A stretch of DNA of 64,000 nucleotides from Balanoglossus misakiensis (lineage: Eukaryota; Animalia; Hemichordata): positions 4,862,137 to 4,926,136 of the forward strand of contig CM082595.2 in NCBI GenBank assembly GCA_040954595.2, written 5' to 3'. The notes below the pieces were generated by a model, which saw only the letters and a program-made list of their open reading frames with translations, was not told the origin of the DNA and did not search any database. Made by a program: the position numbers and the translations under genes. This document shows, one piece after another, positions 38,718-52,166 of this stretch. Each line of letters starts with the position of its first letter. Position 1 is the first letter of the stretch.

Positions 38718-41700
38718 ATGGCGGCGGTGGGGAGGAGGCGTTCCTGTCTGTGTTGCTGTTGTTCAGCGCCAGACGACAATACAGAAGAAATGGTAGGTTT
38801 AGCTGCTCCTGTACTACGATGCGTAATCTCTAGATTATATGTCGACAGATTTGGTGGCCCACTTTCGTAGAAACACCCCCTGGTACGGGGCATGTCCACG
38901 CTCATGCCCGAATCAAGAGACTGGTCAAGGCGATAAAAGGGGGCGTGTCCTGTTCTTCCGTTCTTTCTGCTCGTACATGTACATTAGTCTTGAGACGGTT
39001 TCTCTGCAGTCAGATGCAGACTTAAGAACTTTTGAAGATCTCTGCTGCAAGAAAAATCCAGCTAGTCTCGCACTTGAGACACACAATTTAAATTAACGTT
39101 CATGTTTCTCTGGTGTTGCCAGTCGTTGGGCATTGAGGGCCCTCGACCAGGAAGAAAAGCTTCAATACTCCCATGATTGTATTCAGTTCCGCATTTTTGC
39201 CCCAATCAGTGATCTCAAACACAGATTCACAGGAATTTACACGTTAGCATTAGCGATTGTGTTTATCATAAGCGGGATCATATAATACGAAACGATAACA
39301 TTATGTGGGAAACAGTTCCCCATCAACCCCTCACGTAAAGACACATCTCATATGTATATTTCGGACACTTCCGGGTACTCTGACAAAATTCTACCCGAGC
39401 AAACTCGTCGTCAGATCCAAAGTCTGGTGTTTTGCGAGTAAAGAAATTAATATTCCCATGCATAATCACCACTTATTTAATAAAAAGCATCTGTCAAATG
39501 TTTTAGAGGAACATACGTGTTTCGATATTTATTCACTCACCATCCCAAAATTTCATTTGCATTGGCAGTGTTGACAAACTTTAGGACAAGGATATAGAAA
39601 CCTTTGGACTTTGATAAACACTGTATTGTTTGCATACATGTTCCTGTTGTCAACTACAAAAATACGACGAAAAAGATTGAAGAAACATTTCATTACATTT
39701 ATAACCAGTGATATTAAGTACATCATAGTTCACCGTAAGTAACTGATTTTTTCTTTGCTGTCTTTTTTTTACAGACGGTTCTCGGGGAAAATCACGAGGA
39801 ACATCATCTACCACGAAAGGACTATGAGGTTTGTCCCTTTTCATGGTTGGTTCAGTCAGAGTAACACAGAAAGGTTGTTTAGGTGTGAGTGACACTTCAG
39901 GTTAGAAAGAACATACTGATCAGGATAACCTCCCTAGATCATAAATTTGGGGATTTCTCTCATGGCAAGTTTTCGGCTGTTTTGACTTTCAGAGTTTAGA
40001 TTACGATGTCTGTCACAATGAAATCCACGCCCAGATGTTGGAAAGCAGGGACAAGAAATCTGCCAAAACCCTGGAGGCCATGAAATGGATCACAACATTC
40101 CTGATTGGAGTATTTACAGGCATGGTAAGCACTGTTCATTAATGGTATACGGTCACCTATGCAAATTTAGCTATAGTTACCATGGTAAATTGAGATCTAA
40201 CCAATCACAGATTTTCAGTGGGTGGCACATGCGAAAAAAAGAGCGCCACCATATGTTCTTTAGAACACTCAAATACGCCATTTCAGCTATATATGGCAAT
40301 ATGTAAATTGGAGGTGACCGTATACCTTTAAAGGTGTACGGTCACCTATGCATATTTCACCACTGTTACCATGGAGAATTCAAATATAGCCAATCAGTGG
40401 GGGCACTTATGATCAACGTTGATTGGTCAATACCTTCTGTAGTGTTTTGTTTGATCTTATCTGTTTTATTGTTTGTCTTTATTTGTGTTTACAGTATTCT
40501 GTCGGTTACTGCTTCTTTTCAGATTGCATTTTTCATCGACTACTTTGTGAAGTTGTTGAGCAGGTTGAAGTTCGACACTGTCGGAAGCTGTATCCTTTGT
40601 GGCTTGTGGAGAGAGGAATTTGACATTCGCCTCGCTTTGAACAGAACGGTGTTTCAGTGCCGAGAGACAAAGATGGAAGATTATAAAAATATGGCCACTG
40701 TTTAATATATGACCAATTTAGAATTCTGTGGTGTAGAAATCAGGCGTCTGTCAAGTCACAAGTATATGGCCCCTTTGTAGTTTTAAAATATTGATTCTAT
40801 TCTCCTTGACACACCCTCACAGCTATAGAAAGTTGCAGTATCGGAGGATGCTTGGTGATATCGTTATTAATATTGCTTGCATTCAATGTAGGCTTTGTAT
40901 TGATATCCAGTTGTCTTGTGGCTCTGGAGGTGAGTACTTGCCCTTTGACCTCTACATTATCCAGAAGGATGTCTACATCATCATCTCATGCAGGGTTAAA
41001 TTTAATTTAGCAGTACATTAATTATTATATAAGGAAGAAATGACAGAATTAAAAAGATACCCCCAATGATTTTTTTTATTCAAGTCTTGCAAAAGAAAAC
41101 ATTTATACAAGAATTTCTTTTTTTTTTTTTTCCGTAGCCCATAGCTGCAGGATCTGGTATCCCGGAGATTAAATGCTACTTGAACGGTGTCAAGGTGCCA
41201 CATGTGGTGAGGCTGAAGACTTTGTTATCCAAGGCAGTGGGGGTACTGTTCAGTGTTGCGGGAGGGCTGTTTGTCGGGAAAGAAGGTCCCATGATTCATA
41301 GCGGTGCCATTGTGGGCGCCGGGATTCCGCAGTTCAAAAGTATTACGTTCAAAAGATGCAAGTGCAACTTTCCGTACTTCCGAACTGACAGGTAAGATGC
41401 TGAGAATACATCTCTGTTCTTGGAATCTTAACCCTTTCGTCACCATGGTTCAGTCCAAACCTATTGTTTTCTATGGTAAGATTGGACCTCTAAAGACAGG
41501 AGGGGGGGGGGGGTGGGGTGAAAGGGTTAATCCTTATTTCTATACTTTTATACTTTTTATATAGCACACTACATAATCAATTATCTCAATCATGGGCTTT
41601 ATAATAAAGCCTACCATAAGACCTGTACACTAATATTCTTCAAAATGAAATTGTTCTTTTGAATTTATGTTTCGTTCATTTTTTTTCAGAGATAAAAGGG

Positions 41701-44700
41701 ATTTTGTATCAGGAGGTGCAGCTGCTGGTGTAGCAGGTAAACTTGCTATTTTATATTTTTCAAACTACAGATAAATTTTGACTGAGTTTAATTGGCTGTT
41801 ACATAGAGAATTACGCTGTGTATTAAATTAAATGTGTGATTATTTGTTTTTTCTTCTACATGAAGCTGCATTCGGTGCGCCGATAGGTGGAGTTCTGTTC
41901 AGTCTGGAGGAGGGCTCCTCGTTTTGGAATCAATCCCTGACATGGAGAACAGTAAGTTTGGCTTCAATCAAAACCCCCTCCCCCCACCGTGTGCATTTCC
42001 TCTTACCATCTGCCCTTCCCCCTCTCCTCTTCCCTCTCCTTGTTTGTTCATTTCTTCCCTTTTTCTCATGCTCACCTGTTGCTACTGTCCAGGCTAGCGA
42101 GCATGTATGTATATAACATAGTGTCAATTTTCTTGGCTCTGCCAAAGATAGAGCTCAGCTGTGCACATTGAAATTACAAGGTGTGATAACCTGTAATAAC
42201 CTGTAGTGTACATGTAAATGGTGTCATGTGAAATAGATTACTATTTTCCTTGTGCCATTAAAATTCCAGTTGCCTCTTATTAATTCACTCAAACCTCTAC
42301 TAAAACACAAACAGTTGTATTGTGCCTTTTTCAATAATTCTTCTCTCAATTTTTCAGTTTTTCTGTTCCATGTCAGCCACTCTGACACTGAACTTCTTCC
42401 TGTCTGGTGTTGAGTACAAACAGTGGGGAGCTTTAGACCAACCAGGTCTGATTGACTTTGGTGTCTTCAAGGTATACTATGCCGAATTTTTTTCAGTTTT
42501 ATTCCAGTTATCAAGAATTTGAACACATGCTTTCTTGGCAGATTTAAGATTTCAAGTGGTATACACTTAAGAAAACTGTTCGACTTTTTCCCATAGTTTA
42601 CTTAGGATAAGCAAATCCATATTTCTCTAAAATGTGATGATATTGCAAATTCAGAATTTCTACCATATGTTGTTTTACTGTCGGGAGAAAATTATATTTT
42701 ATGATATGTTTTCATGATTAAAAATGGAGATAGCGATGATACTTCCCTCTCTGGGAGTTAGTAAGTAATAGGCAAGTTTTATAGAAGTCATTCAATTTTG
42801 ACATTAATTTGTTATTGAATTTCTTTGGAAACATTTTCATTCTTCAACTCAGTAAAATGTGGTCAGTGATGACTCGCCACGACTCAACTCGAATAGACAT
42901 AACACATGAATGATTCCATCATAAAATTTGTAGAATAACCTAAGGTCAAAAGTGAGTACCTGTGCCCCTTTAATGGTATGTACTAAAATTATCCTGCAAC
43001 GTTTCTTTCAGTGTGGAAACAGCGGGGATTGCGACCTGTGGACGATTGTAGATTTGTTGATATTCATCGCCATGGGTGTGGTCGGAGGTCTACTGGGGGC
43101 GCTGTTCAATTCCCTCAACACAACGCTGACCAAGCATCGCTTGAAATACATCAACTCTAGAGGTAGAGGTGTCAGGTAAGAAGTTGCAGTGAGGTGGGTT
43201 TTTTGGTCTGCTATGTCCAGCAATTCTACATAAAAAATATAACTTTTTGTACTGTACTGTACTGTATATGTACTGTACTGTGCTGTATGTACTGTATTAT
43301 ATTTTAGTGTGTTGCATATAGAGGCTGATAGAGAGATTACCTATGTTACTTATGGATTGATTGGGAATGTTCTTTTCAGAATCCTTGAAGCCGCTTTTGT
43401 TGCCATGGTGACCACTACATTGGCATTTGTTGCGTCAATGACTCTGGGACAGTGTAAAGATATCACAGAAGTAAGTCCTACCTCCATCAGTTGAACGATG
43501 GCAGCTATTCAAGCTTGAAGCAGTTTTACGAAAAGTGCAAATGTGAAACTTACTTCAGTCTGCTTTCTTTCTCGAAAGAATCCCTCCCAGATGAATTTGA
43601 CGAACAGCACCAACGTGACAGCTACAGACGACTCCGTCGACAGTTCCTTGAGAACGTACTTCTGTGATGGCGACAAGTACAACGACATGGCCACGCTGTT
43701 CTTCAACTCGCAGGAGGGCGCCATCAAACAACTCTTCCATCAAGAAGGTGAGAGAAGACACAAAGTGCTCCCTCTAAGATTTTGTGAGGATGACAAGTTG
43801 GATGGCTAGGCTGGAAGAATAAAACAGAAATTTTCAGTTCAATCGTACAACCAGCACATTCATTCGGCTTTTTTGACCTCAAATATGGAAGTATAATCAG
43901 CAATTGCAGGTTTGGTCCGGAGTTAAACGTCCACTATTTGTAACTATTTAGTTTTTTTTGTTTTATGTATCAACTACCGATACATGTTTATCGTATTCAT
44001 ATTTCAAACCTGTCCGTAGTGGCCAGTCAAGGGACTTTCCTAAACTGGCCTTTATAGACAGGTAGCCCTTATAAACAGTCAAGTAATGCACATGTAAATT
44101 GCATAGCGACTAACAAAGTGGTCACTATATATAGGTGACCAGACAACTATATAGAGGTGGTCACTCACACAGATATGACTGTAAGATCCAACCTTTTCCC
44201 CATCTCCGTAGGCACCTTCAGTCTTCCAACGCTCGGTATCTTCTTCATGTTGTTCTACTTCCTGGCGTGTTGGACCTACGGAATCATGGTTCCCAGCGGT
44301 CTCTTCGTTCCCTGTCTTCTTTGTGGAGCTGCTTACGGAAGATTTGTCGGAAATCTTTTGCAGACGTAAGATTTGAATTTTTCCCTATTAATATTCATCA
44401 CAAGGCTAAGAGATTATTTTGTAGAAATACTGCTCATTGCGTGATCACAAGATCTTACAATGAGCAGAAGATTGGCAATGATTTTTAAATGAGTGCATGG
44501 AACCACAATGTAATTTCACTGTCATCGTCATCACTATCCAGTTCAATTTTCAAATCCATGTGCAAAGTTTACTGTCGCATTCAACAAACAAACAACAGTT
44601 TCTCAAACTATGATTGCCTCCGTTCAATTCCAGTTACCTCGGTTACCATCGGATTTATTCTGGTACCTTTGCTCTGATTGGTGCAGCCGCATTTCTTGGT

Positions 44701-47700
44701 GGTGTTGTGCGAATGACAATCAGTCTTACTGTGATCTTGATTGAGTCGACCAATGAGATCAGCTACGGCTTTCCCATCATGGTGACTTTAATGGTAAGTT
44801 GTTATTTGAAATTCTTACTCTAGTTTGCAATGTAGAAAATGGCCATTCACTGATTATGATGTACCATATTTTACTGACAATTATTTTTGGTGATATATTT
44901 TCACCACAGGTAGCCAAGTGGACTGGAGACTTTTTCAATGAGGGCATTTATGATATTCATATTGAATTGAAAGGTGTTCCGTTACTTGGATGGGAGGCAC
45001 CTCAGAATATGCACAGGTTAGTTATTTTGTCTTTTATATACAATGTACAGTAAAACTCCAATTATCCGAATTGTTTGGTTATCCGAACTGCTGTCATGTC
45101 CCCCAAACAGTTCTATTGTTTACAATTGTTATCCGAATAACCGAACTGTTTGCATATCTGAACAGAATCAATGTCCCCCTGTCAGTTCAGATAATTGGAG
45201 TTTTACTGTACTTAACAGTATGGAACTAGACTCTGAGTTAGGTGGTCTGAAAAACGGTTTAGTGGCTACAGCTAGGAGTATAAAAAAGCCTTTACATGGA
45301 CCTTTTTGCATGGCTATAACTCATATAGTCTAGTATCTAGCCGTATTTTGGAAGCAAAGCGGACAAAATACGGCTGGATACTAGACTATAATTCATACAA
45401 TCACTTCGCTTCTTATCAACAAGGCTGATGAAAATGGTCAGTACCTTACATATCTTCTGTGCAGATCAAACCAATTCCATTGTATGTCAGTAGGTATAAC
45501 GGAGACATATACATGTACCTGTAGAGAACTTATAGGACAAATTCCAAGCATCTGATTTCTTGTTTCTGCAGTGTACGAGCCCACGAAGTCATGGATACCA
45601 ATCTGGTCTACGTGTACCCACACACCCGAGTACAGTCGGTGGTCAGTATTCTCAGAACCACCAGACACAATGCGTACCCGGTTGTCACGGAACCGGTGGA
45701 TAAGTCTTTGGAGAGATCCGTCCGGTCCAACACCCTTGCCAGCCAAAATATACAATTTAAGGTAATTTAGCTATTTCAGGGGGGTTTGGAATGATTTATA
45801 TACAAAATGCTGGTCCCAATTTCTGTTAAGTATTCCGATCCCCGAAACAGGATGACTTTGATATATACATATATTCATGATACATGTAAAACCTATGGAA
45901 AATCTCTACAAGGGACCATCTTGTTCTGGAAAATACTAGACAGAAATTATGCCAAACATATCACACATAACTTAAAGAATTAAGCCATTTTATTATGGAA
46001 AACCTACAGCGAAATGTGACTTCTTTCAGCCCCCCTCATAACATAAACCATTGTTTTTGGCTGAGATACCAGCAGAATTGCACATAAGATTATAGTGCTA
46101 ATAATATATTTCTGTCAAATCTACAGAGAGAGAATACACTGACCAGAGCAGCTGAAGTCAGAAGACGCACACTATCCCAAAGTTCAGTTGAACTGAGACG
46201 AACAAGCAGCGTCAACTCAAGATCGGGGAGACGACGGGCTGAAGGGGATGACGAAGATGTTGAAAAACTGCTGGTGGCAGGGTAGGTGACTTTAACCCTT
46301 TCACCCCCAGTTCCCTCTTGAGAGGTCCGACCTTACCATAGAAAACAATGGGTTCGGACTGAACCATTGTGGTGAAAGGGTTAACACCCAAAAAGACATT
46401 AGCGCTGAATACATGGCCAACATTTGAGAGAAATCTGTCTATTTTGGAATTCAAATACACTTTCTTAACCCAGATTTAACAATGTGCAGTCTATCCAACT
46501 TCATTTTTCTGATTGTTAAATCGCAGTCGACCGGAACCGTACAAATCTTACTATCCGGAAGACAATCGCCCTCTGGAGGAGGAATACAAACCACTCACAT
46601 TCCACGGATTGATTCTAAGGTCCCAGCTGGTCACTATGCTGGAAAAGGGGGTGTGCTATCCGGAGGGTACTGCGGTACGTATTGGTTCAATGTAATTGTG
46701 GAATACTGTTCATATCGCACCATATAAGCTCTGGGTCCACAAAAAATTCTGGGTCCACAAAAAATACTCATCCAATGTTAAGCCATAGACACTATTTGTT
46801 AAAAGTAACGTGTTTAACAGCATAATTTTTTTTAAATGAAGAGAAAATGCTAAAATGCATTTTCTTTGAAGACGTCACAGGATTATTAATATTTTGTCAT
46901 GTCTGTGTGATGTACAATTGAATATTGTTGTTCTCCATGTATTTCTGAAAGTGTATATGTACTTGTCATTATGTTTGTTTGTGGAATGACTGTGGTTTGG
47001 GGGATGCATACAGTTAATGTCTGGGAGATATGTCACAACTAACGTTCTTTTCCCGTCTCACAGAGTTCCTATCAACCACACTTAAGCTACGGACAATTGA
47101 CCGAAGATTATCCGCGATTCAAAGATATCTATGACTTGGATTTAACCCAGCTTAACCCAAGAATGATTATGGTGAGCTTTCATTCACTTCTACACAAGAG
47201 AGAAGCTCTTTTAGGTCCCATTGGTATAGGCATATTATACCATGGGACCTTATGGGATCGGTTGCGTCTGTATGTATGTATGTATGCATGGATGGATGTA
47301 TGTCCGTCCAGATCAAAAACTTGTTTATAAATTCGTTGCGATTTGACAAAATCACCAGATGTCTCACAGCTAGAATTTTTAACATCAGACTTGTTTCTTT
47401 TCATAGTTGAACCTGACGATTTATTCTATGGTTGCTTTTCAGGATGTCACACCTTACATGAATCCATGCCCTTATATGATATCTCCTGACACGACAGTTC
47501 CACAGGTGTACAATTTATTCAGAACTATGGGTCTGCGACATTTACTGGTCATCAACAGTCTGGGAGAGGTAGGTAGATCCACTTACAAAAAATGTTCTAC
47601 TGACTTCTGTAGCATTCTATAGATGTTGATGCTTCTATAGAATTCAATAGAAAAAAGGGTCCAAAACTATATAGAAATCTATAGATGGTCATAGAAATTC

Positions 47701-48233
47701 TATAAACTTCTATAGAATTTCAGTACACTATAGAATTCTATAGATGTCTATAGAATGTTTCTATAAGGGGAGAAATAAACACAATACTGTGTTTCATATC
47801 TTAGATCCATTTACACATATTATTTCACGGGTATGTCATTGTGATGATCGCTGTGTCACCTGCGTCGGCCATTTTGATTTTTCAAACCCTCTAGACAACC
47901 ATGTAGTAAATCACTCCCGATTAAGAACTGCACAGTCAGAATTCATCCACTAACACAATAGAACATAGCACAGGCATTGCTGTATACACACCTAACTCTA
48001 TAGTATTGTACAGTCTTGCATGCATTATTGCAAGCCTAGAGAGTGTACTGAGGCTAACAAGACTAACCATGTACCGGGCTGTCTCACAAGTGTTCGGCCA
48101 TGTCTGTAGTATTGATAATTCAATTTGTGTGTTTGCCCCCTTACGACAGATATTGGGCATGATCACCCGACACAACCTGACAGATCACTACCTCAAGGAG
48201 AAGCTTCGGTTTCATCGCCATGACAACAGTTGA
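38718..48233 (+). CDS. CLCN6: H+/Cl- exchange transporter CLC-6 (859 aa, 21 exons)
   Basis: Exons: 38718-38792, 39775-39828, 39993-40124, 40523-40589, 40823-40929, 41138-41391, 41690-41736, 41866-41951, 42358-42471, 43012-43175, 43380-43470, 43591-43747, 44212-44365, 44634-44793, 44910-45016, 45572-45761, 46127-46281, 46527-46674, 47064-47171, 47443-47568, 48150-48233. Phases are consistent; total 2580 nt. CLC motifs: GSGIPE, GKEGP, FSLEE, GLFVP, and two CBS domains. CLC-6 features: Cys-cluster N-terminus, [27 protein letters not shown], and a long CBS1 insertion. Confidence 0.95.
40139..40400. mobile_element. TTAA-flanked (Kolobok-like) MITE followed by a truncated head-to-tail copy
   Basis: ttaa-tggtatacggtcacct...aggtgaccgtatacct-ttaa (40139-40331), then ttaa-aggtgtacggtcacctatgca...gttaccatgg...ccaatca repeating the left end. 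Superfamily assignment is inferred from the termini. Confidence 0.65.
40590..40822 (+). other. U12-type (minor spliceosome) GT-AG intron 4 of CLCN6
   Basis: 5' site GTATCCTTT at 40590-40598; branch site CTCCTTGAC at 40802-40810, with its A 13 nt before the 3' end; no polypyrimidine tract. The join T|CT ATA GAA keeps the frame. Confidence 0.9.
41428..41530. mobile_element. piggyBac-type MITE (TTAA-CCC...GGG-TTAA), copy 1
   Basis: ttaa-ccctttc...gaaaggg-ttaa; homologous to 46292-46384 in reverse orientation. Confidence 0.8.
43249..43296. repeat. Short (TACTG)n microsatellite
   Basis: Degenerate; the reverse complement of the CAGTA unit at 32717. Confidence 0.7.
44001..44183. mobile_element. 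MITE family A copy in a CLCN6 intron
   Basis: Shares ccagtcaagggactttcctaaactggcctttata and acaaagtgg.cactatata with 54609-54794; ends in gactgTA. Confidence 0.7.
45046..45210. mobile_element. Pogo/Tigger-like MITE (family B)
   Basis: TA-cagtaaaactccaattatccgaa...ttcagataattggagttttactg-TA: TIR of about 23 bp, TA target site. Confidence 0.85.
45324..45390. repeat. 27-bp inverted repeat (hairpin), probable mini-MITE
   Basis: tatagtctagtatctagccgtattttg, a 13-nt loop, then caaaatacggctggatactagactata; one mismatch. Confidence 0.75.
46292..46384. mobile_element. piggyBac-type MITE, copy 2
   Basis: ttaa-ccctttcacc...ggtgaaaggg-ttaa; the internal cttaccatagaaaacaat is the reverse complement of copy 1. 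Confidence 0.8.
47600..47770. repeat. TCTATAGA-rich low-complexity repeat, possible MITE remnant
   Basis: About 8 copies of palindromic ctatag spaced irregularly. Confidence 0.55.
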
Positions 48234-51200
48234 AGAAGGGAAGCAGCCCGTGTAAGCAACACTTCAAAATCTTCCTGAATCATGAAATTCTTCCACGCCT
48301 CCCACGATGACCTGTGTACACGATGGTCTTTTCAACGATATTGCAAGATTTTCATTACACTGAGATCGATCACAGAAGCACAGAGGGCTCATGACTTCAA
48401 TCAAGTGAATTCTAAATCATATGTGTAACAGAATATCTCTTCATAACATCATATGTTTGTAGGATCCAACTTTACAAGTAGTTGTAAAGTTTTCAGGAAT
48501 CCATCATTATATTTTCTGCAGTGTACTTCAGGGAGCAGAATTAAAATATTGAGGTGAAACACAGACCAGAGTATCAAGAAAAAATTAAATAATCATTATC
48601 GTCAAAATCGCAGCTATTGTACTATAAATAAATGGAATATTTGACTGACTGTCTTATGATAATATCTCTGTTTTTATAGATGTTACACTCTTTCAGATAA
48701 GTCTAGATATTGTATGACTGGTGAGCTGTCATGATACAGAATTATGATAATTACTCAGAATTACTACAGATTTGATAAAATGATCTAGGTGTTATGCTGA
48801 TAAATTGTAAATATATTATAATGCAGGTAAACATGATGTTAGTGTCTTGTATGTGATGTAATGGGGTGTAGATGTTGTTGTTGTGTAAAAGTTCTGGATT
48901 TGTGCATAAAGTAGCCATGTTAGTTTATCTACATAGTAGTGATAATAGTACCCTAATTCTAGAATAAAAATTATGCACATACCCATTAGCCATTTGTGAT
49001 AATGTTTTTGCATAAGATTTATCTTTGGGACATTGTTTGCGATGCACAAGTTATTCTGTAAGTCATTTGTAAGTAAGTTTGTATTTGTAATACAGGTCGA
49101 GCTATCCAGAATACCAAAAGATAATGTAGGCACAAAATTGTTTCCTTGGCGACTATTTGAGAATAGACGATGAATTTTTAGTAAATACGTGTATTGACAC
49201 CCTTACTGTGCGGTATTTGCATGTGTGGTCTCCTAGTGGATCAATGTATCAATCAATCAATCAATCAATCAGTATTTGTTATCCTTATTTGGACAGTTAG
49301 CATTGCCACTGTGACATTCACAGCACATCATATCAAAATAGATGATACTCTAATCACGCACACAGAATACAGGTAAAATAATGCAAAACGCACATAAGGG
49401 TGAAATCAGGAATATAAAAATATCAAAAATCTAGTTGATTGTGTTCAGTTCAAGCTTTTAAGCCATTGTCATATTTTAGATCAAACAGTCTGGTGTGGAC
49501 AGACAATCTTGTGAATTTTATATATTTTTATTGTAAATTAAGATTTTATGCTCTAATTAGGATTCATTTTAAGAATTTGAAAATCATTATGCTTTCACCA
49601 TCAGAATCATTGGCAAATTACGTCATACTTAAAAATGTTTTCTGCAGGAAAGTATTCTGTATAGTAATCTGTATAAATTTACTATAGTCTTTAGAACAGT
49701 TAATACAGAGTACCAAACAAGAGTTCATAGTCGATGTATAGCTACTTTCATTTTATTTTACTTTAAAAGGCACAACTAATATCTCTAAAAGCCTTGTTTT
49801 CAATCCTTGTATTATTTTAGAAATATACCTGACTAATATCTACCATTTTTTGTGAATGGTGAATAACTCTTGCCTTATTGCCAAGTTCATTTAAATATTT
49901 TGAACAGATAAAGTGAAATCTATATCAGTGTCAGATGGTCATGGAAATGTTTTATTTTAAACACGTTCTTGAAAAGTTTAATTAGACTTTCAATTATCTG
50001 AAAACATCCATGAAAACTGTTTTAAAAATCCTGACAATTTTGCATGTTAATTTCCTTTTTTAAAATCTCATCTCTAAACAAGCATGATATGCTCATATGT
50101 ATAGTCTTAAAATCATTTGAAAGTTTTATATTCAAATGTTTATATTTATTGTGTTGAGAGTTGGCCAGGTATTTTGAGACATGAAAACTGTGATGTGAAA
50201 TTTTCATGTCTGTGCTATGTACCTTTATTGAAATTGGATCAGTGCAATGAACAATGTTTTTCATACTTGATGTCATTCAGTCATACCCACATTTATATCA
50301 AAGTTGTCTTGTCCCTTCAGTTATCAATCCAACATAACATTATCCAACTCACCTGAAAAAATGCCAAATATTAGAACATTCCCAGAATATGGCCATGTAT
50401 GTAAGAGAGCATGTTGGCCAACATACTGGATAACTGTAGATCTATGAGTACAATACATTATATTCTATACATTGCCCTATTTTAAGTATACAGTGTAATT
50501 ATATTGTAATACATACACCCTCTTGAATCAAACGTCCATAAACCCCATTTTGTTGTAAATTTTTAGAAGCGAAGAGCAGTCCTTCCTGAAATCCTGGTGG
50601 TTGAGAATTATATAAAATTGTTACAAAATTATTCAAATCAGTTGGCACCAAGCCAATAGTAGGATACTTTTGGTCTCTCAGTACTTGGGTATACATGCAC
50701 ATGAATACATCATCCGTATTGGAACTGTGTGTAGTGTACAAACGGAGACTTACTGTGCAATTGAATGCCATGTATAGGTTCTTGCAGTATTTGTACGTAT
50801 TATACATGAGGGTATGATACCGTGACGATTGACACAAGGGACTGTGCAATTTTGATATTTGTGTTTTAATATATTACTTTGATATACATGAAAATGTTTT
50901 GAAATATACAAACATGATGAGTACATAATATGTTACCATGAATGTATTGTGAATTTGAAATATATTTAAAACTATGTTGTAACTTTTTGTAAAAGACTTT
51001 TGTATTGCATGTGACAATTTTTTTATTTCATAATTTGACAATGGAAATGATTATGTCAAGATACACAGATGTAAGCTTAAACCTTGTTCATCCCCTTTCT
51101 CGTATTTGGAGACACCCATACCATAGAACACGTTGAGATTGTACCATATTTTGGAGATGAAAGGGGTGGCATTAGGTGCAGCTCAGGGACAGATTTCCTG

Positions 51201-51474
51201 GGAAAAAATCCTGCGTACCATTGTTTTTGTTTACCAGAAATATTGTATTATTGATGTTTTGAAGCAATGAATTTAATAACATTATCCTGCCAGAACTTTG
51301 AAATATGTTTGTTTTAATGTATATTTTCTGTTTATGTTTATGTTTGCATGGATTGAAATTGAGTGTGGCAAAAGGCAAATCGACATTTTTATTATTTGTA
51401 TATTATAAGACAATGTGAACGCCACACAACCAAAGCTACTTTGATTTGTATGCCAAATTATTTGTTATTTGATG

Positions 51475-51480
51475 AATAAA
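51475..51480 (+). terminator. Candidate CLCN6 polyadenylation signal (3' UTR about 3.2 kb)
   Basis: AATAAA followed about 30 nt later by U/GU-rich tttgtttcattttt, at the end of a long AT-rich tract and before the next gene's promoter. Upstream AATAAA hexamers (about 48627 and 48963) are alternatives. Confidence 0.4.
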
Positions 51481-52166
51481 TAATAGATGTGCATGCCCGA
51501 AACACTGAATTTGTTTCATTTTTTACTAAAACTAGTACTTAATCATGAGTTTTGTTGACATACATTTGATACTTAGAGAAATTCTTGTCATATTGAGCAA
51601 CATCGCAAAGAATTCCTTGCCGTTTGACCTAAAATTCACCTTGATATAGCCCACAGTATTTAAATTCACACCATAAAATATAACAATTACATTGTTTTAC
51701 TATCTAATTAGGTCGTACCGGGTAAAAATATTTACCATATATTTTGCAAGATTTTTGCATCTAGCATGTATCAAGAACAACTGATCTGTCTACTTGACTT
51801 AAAATATCACTCACAAGTCTTGTTTAAATACACCATCACTCAAAAGCTACCGGCAAGTATGTCTTTACCCAGTATGGGAATTTGTACGCTTTTCTTCAAA
51901 ATAATTACATTTTATCCGTTACATAATTAAACAATTGCCCAATTATTGTTGGTGTTTGCAGCTCGCTTATACGCTATGATAATCCGTTAGCAACGGTCTC
52001 TGTTGGTTTATGTCTGTATATTGTTGCGTTGACCGTTGTTAAGGAAGTAATTGTCAATGTCATCCGCATCAATGCACATGAGGTCATTGAAACCGCACAC
52101 ATACAAAGTCAGCGTTCGAGACAGCAGTTGTGTTTATAGCCTCAAAAACGTGTGACTCGTCTCAGG

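Noticed and set aside
38718-48233. CLCN7 assignment
   Set aside because: The Cys-cluster N-terminus, [25 protein letters not shown] and the long CBS1 insertion fit CLC-6 better.
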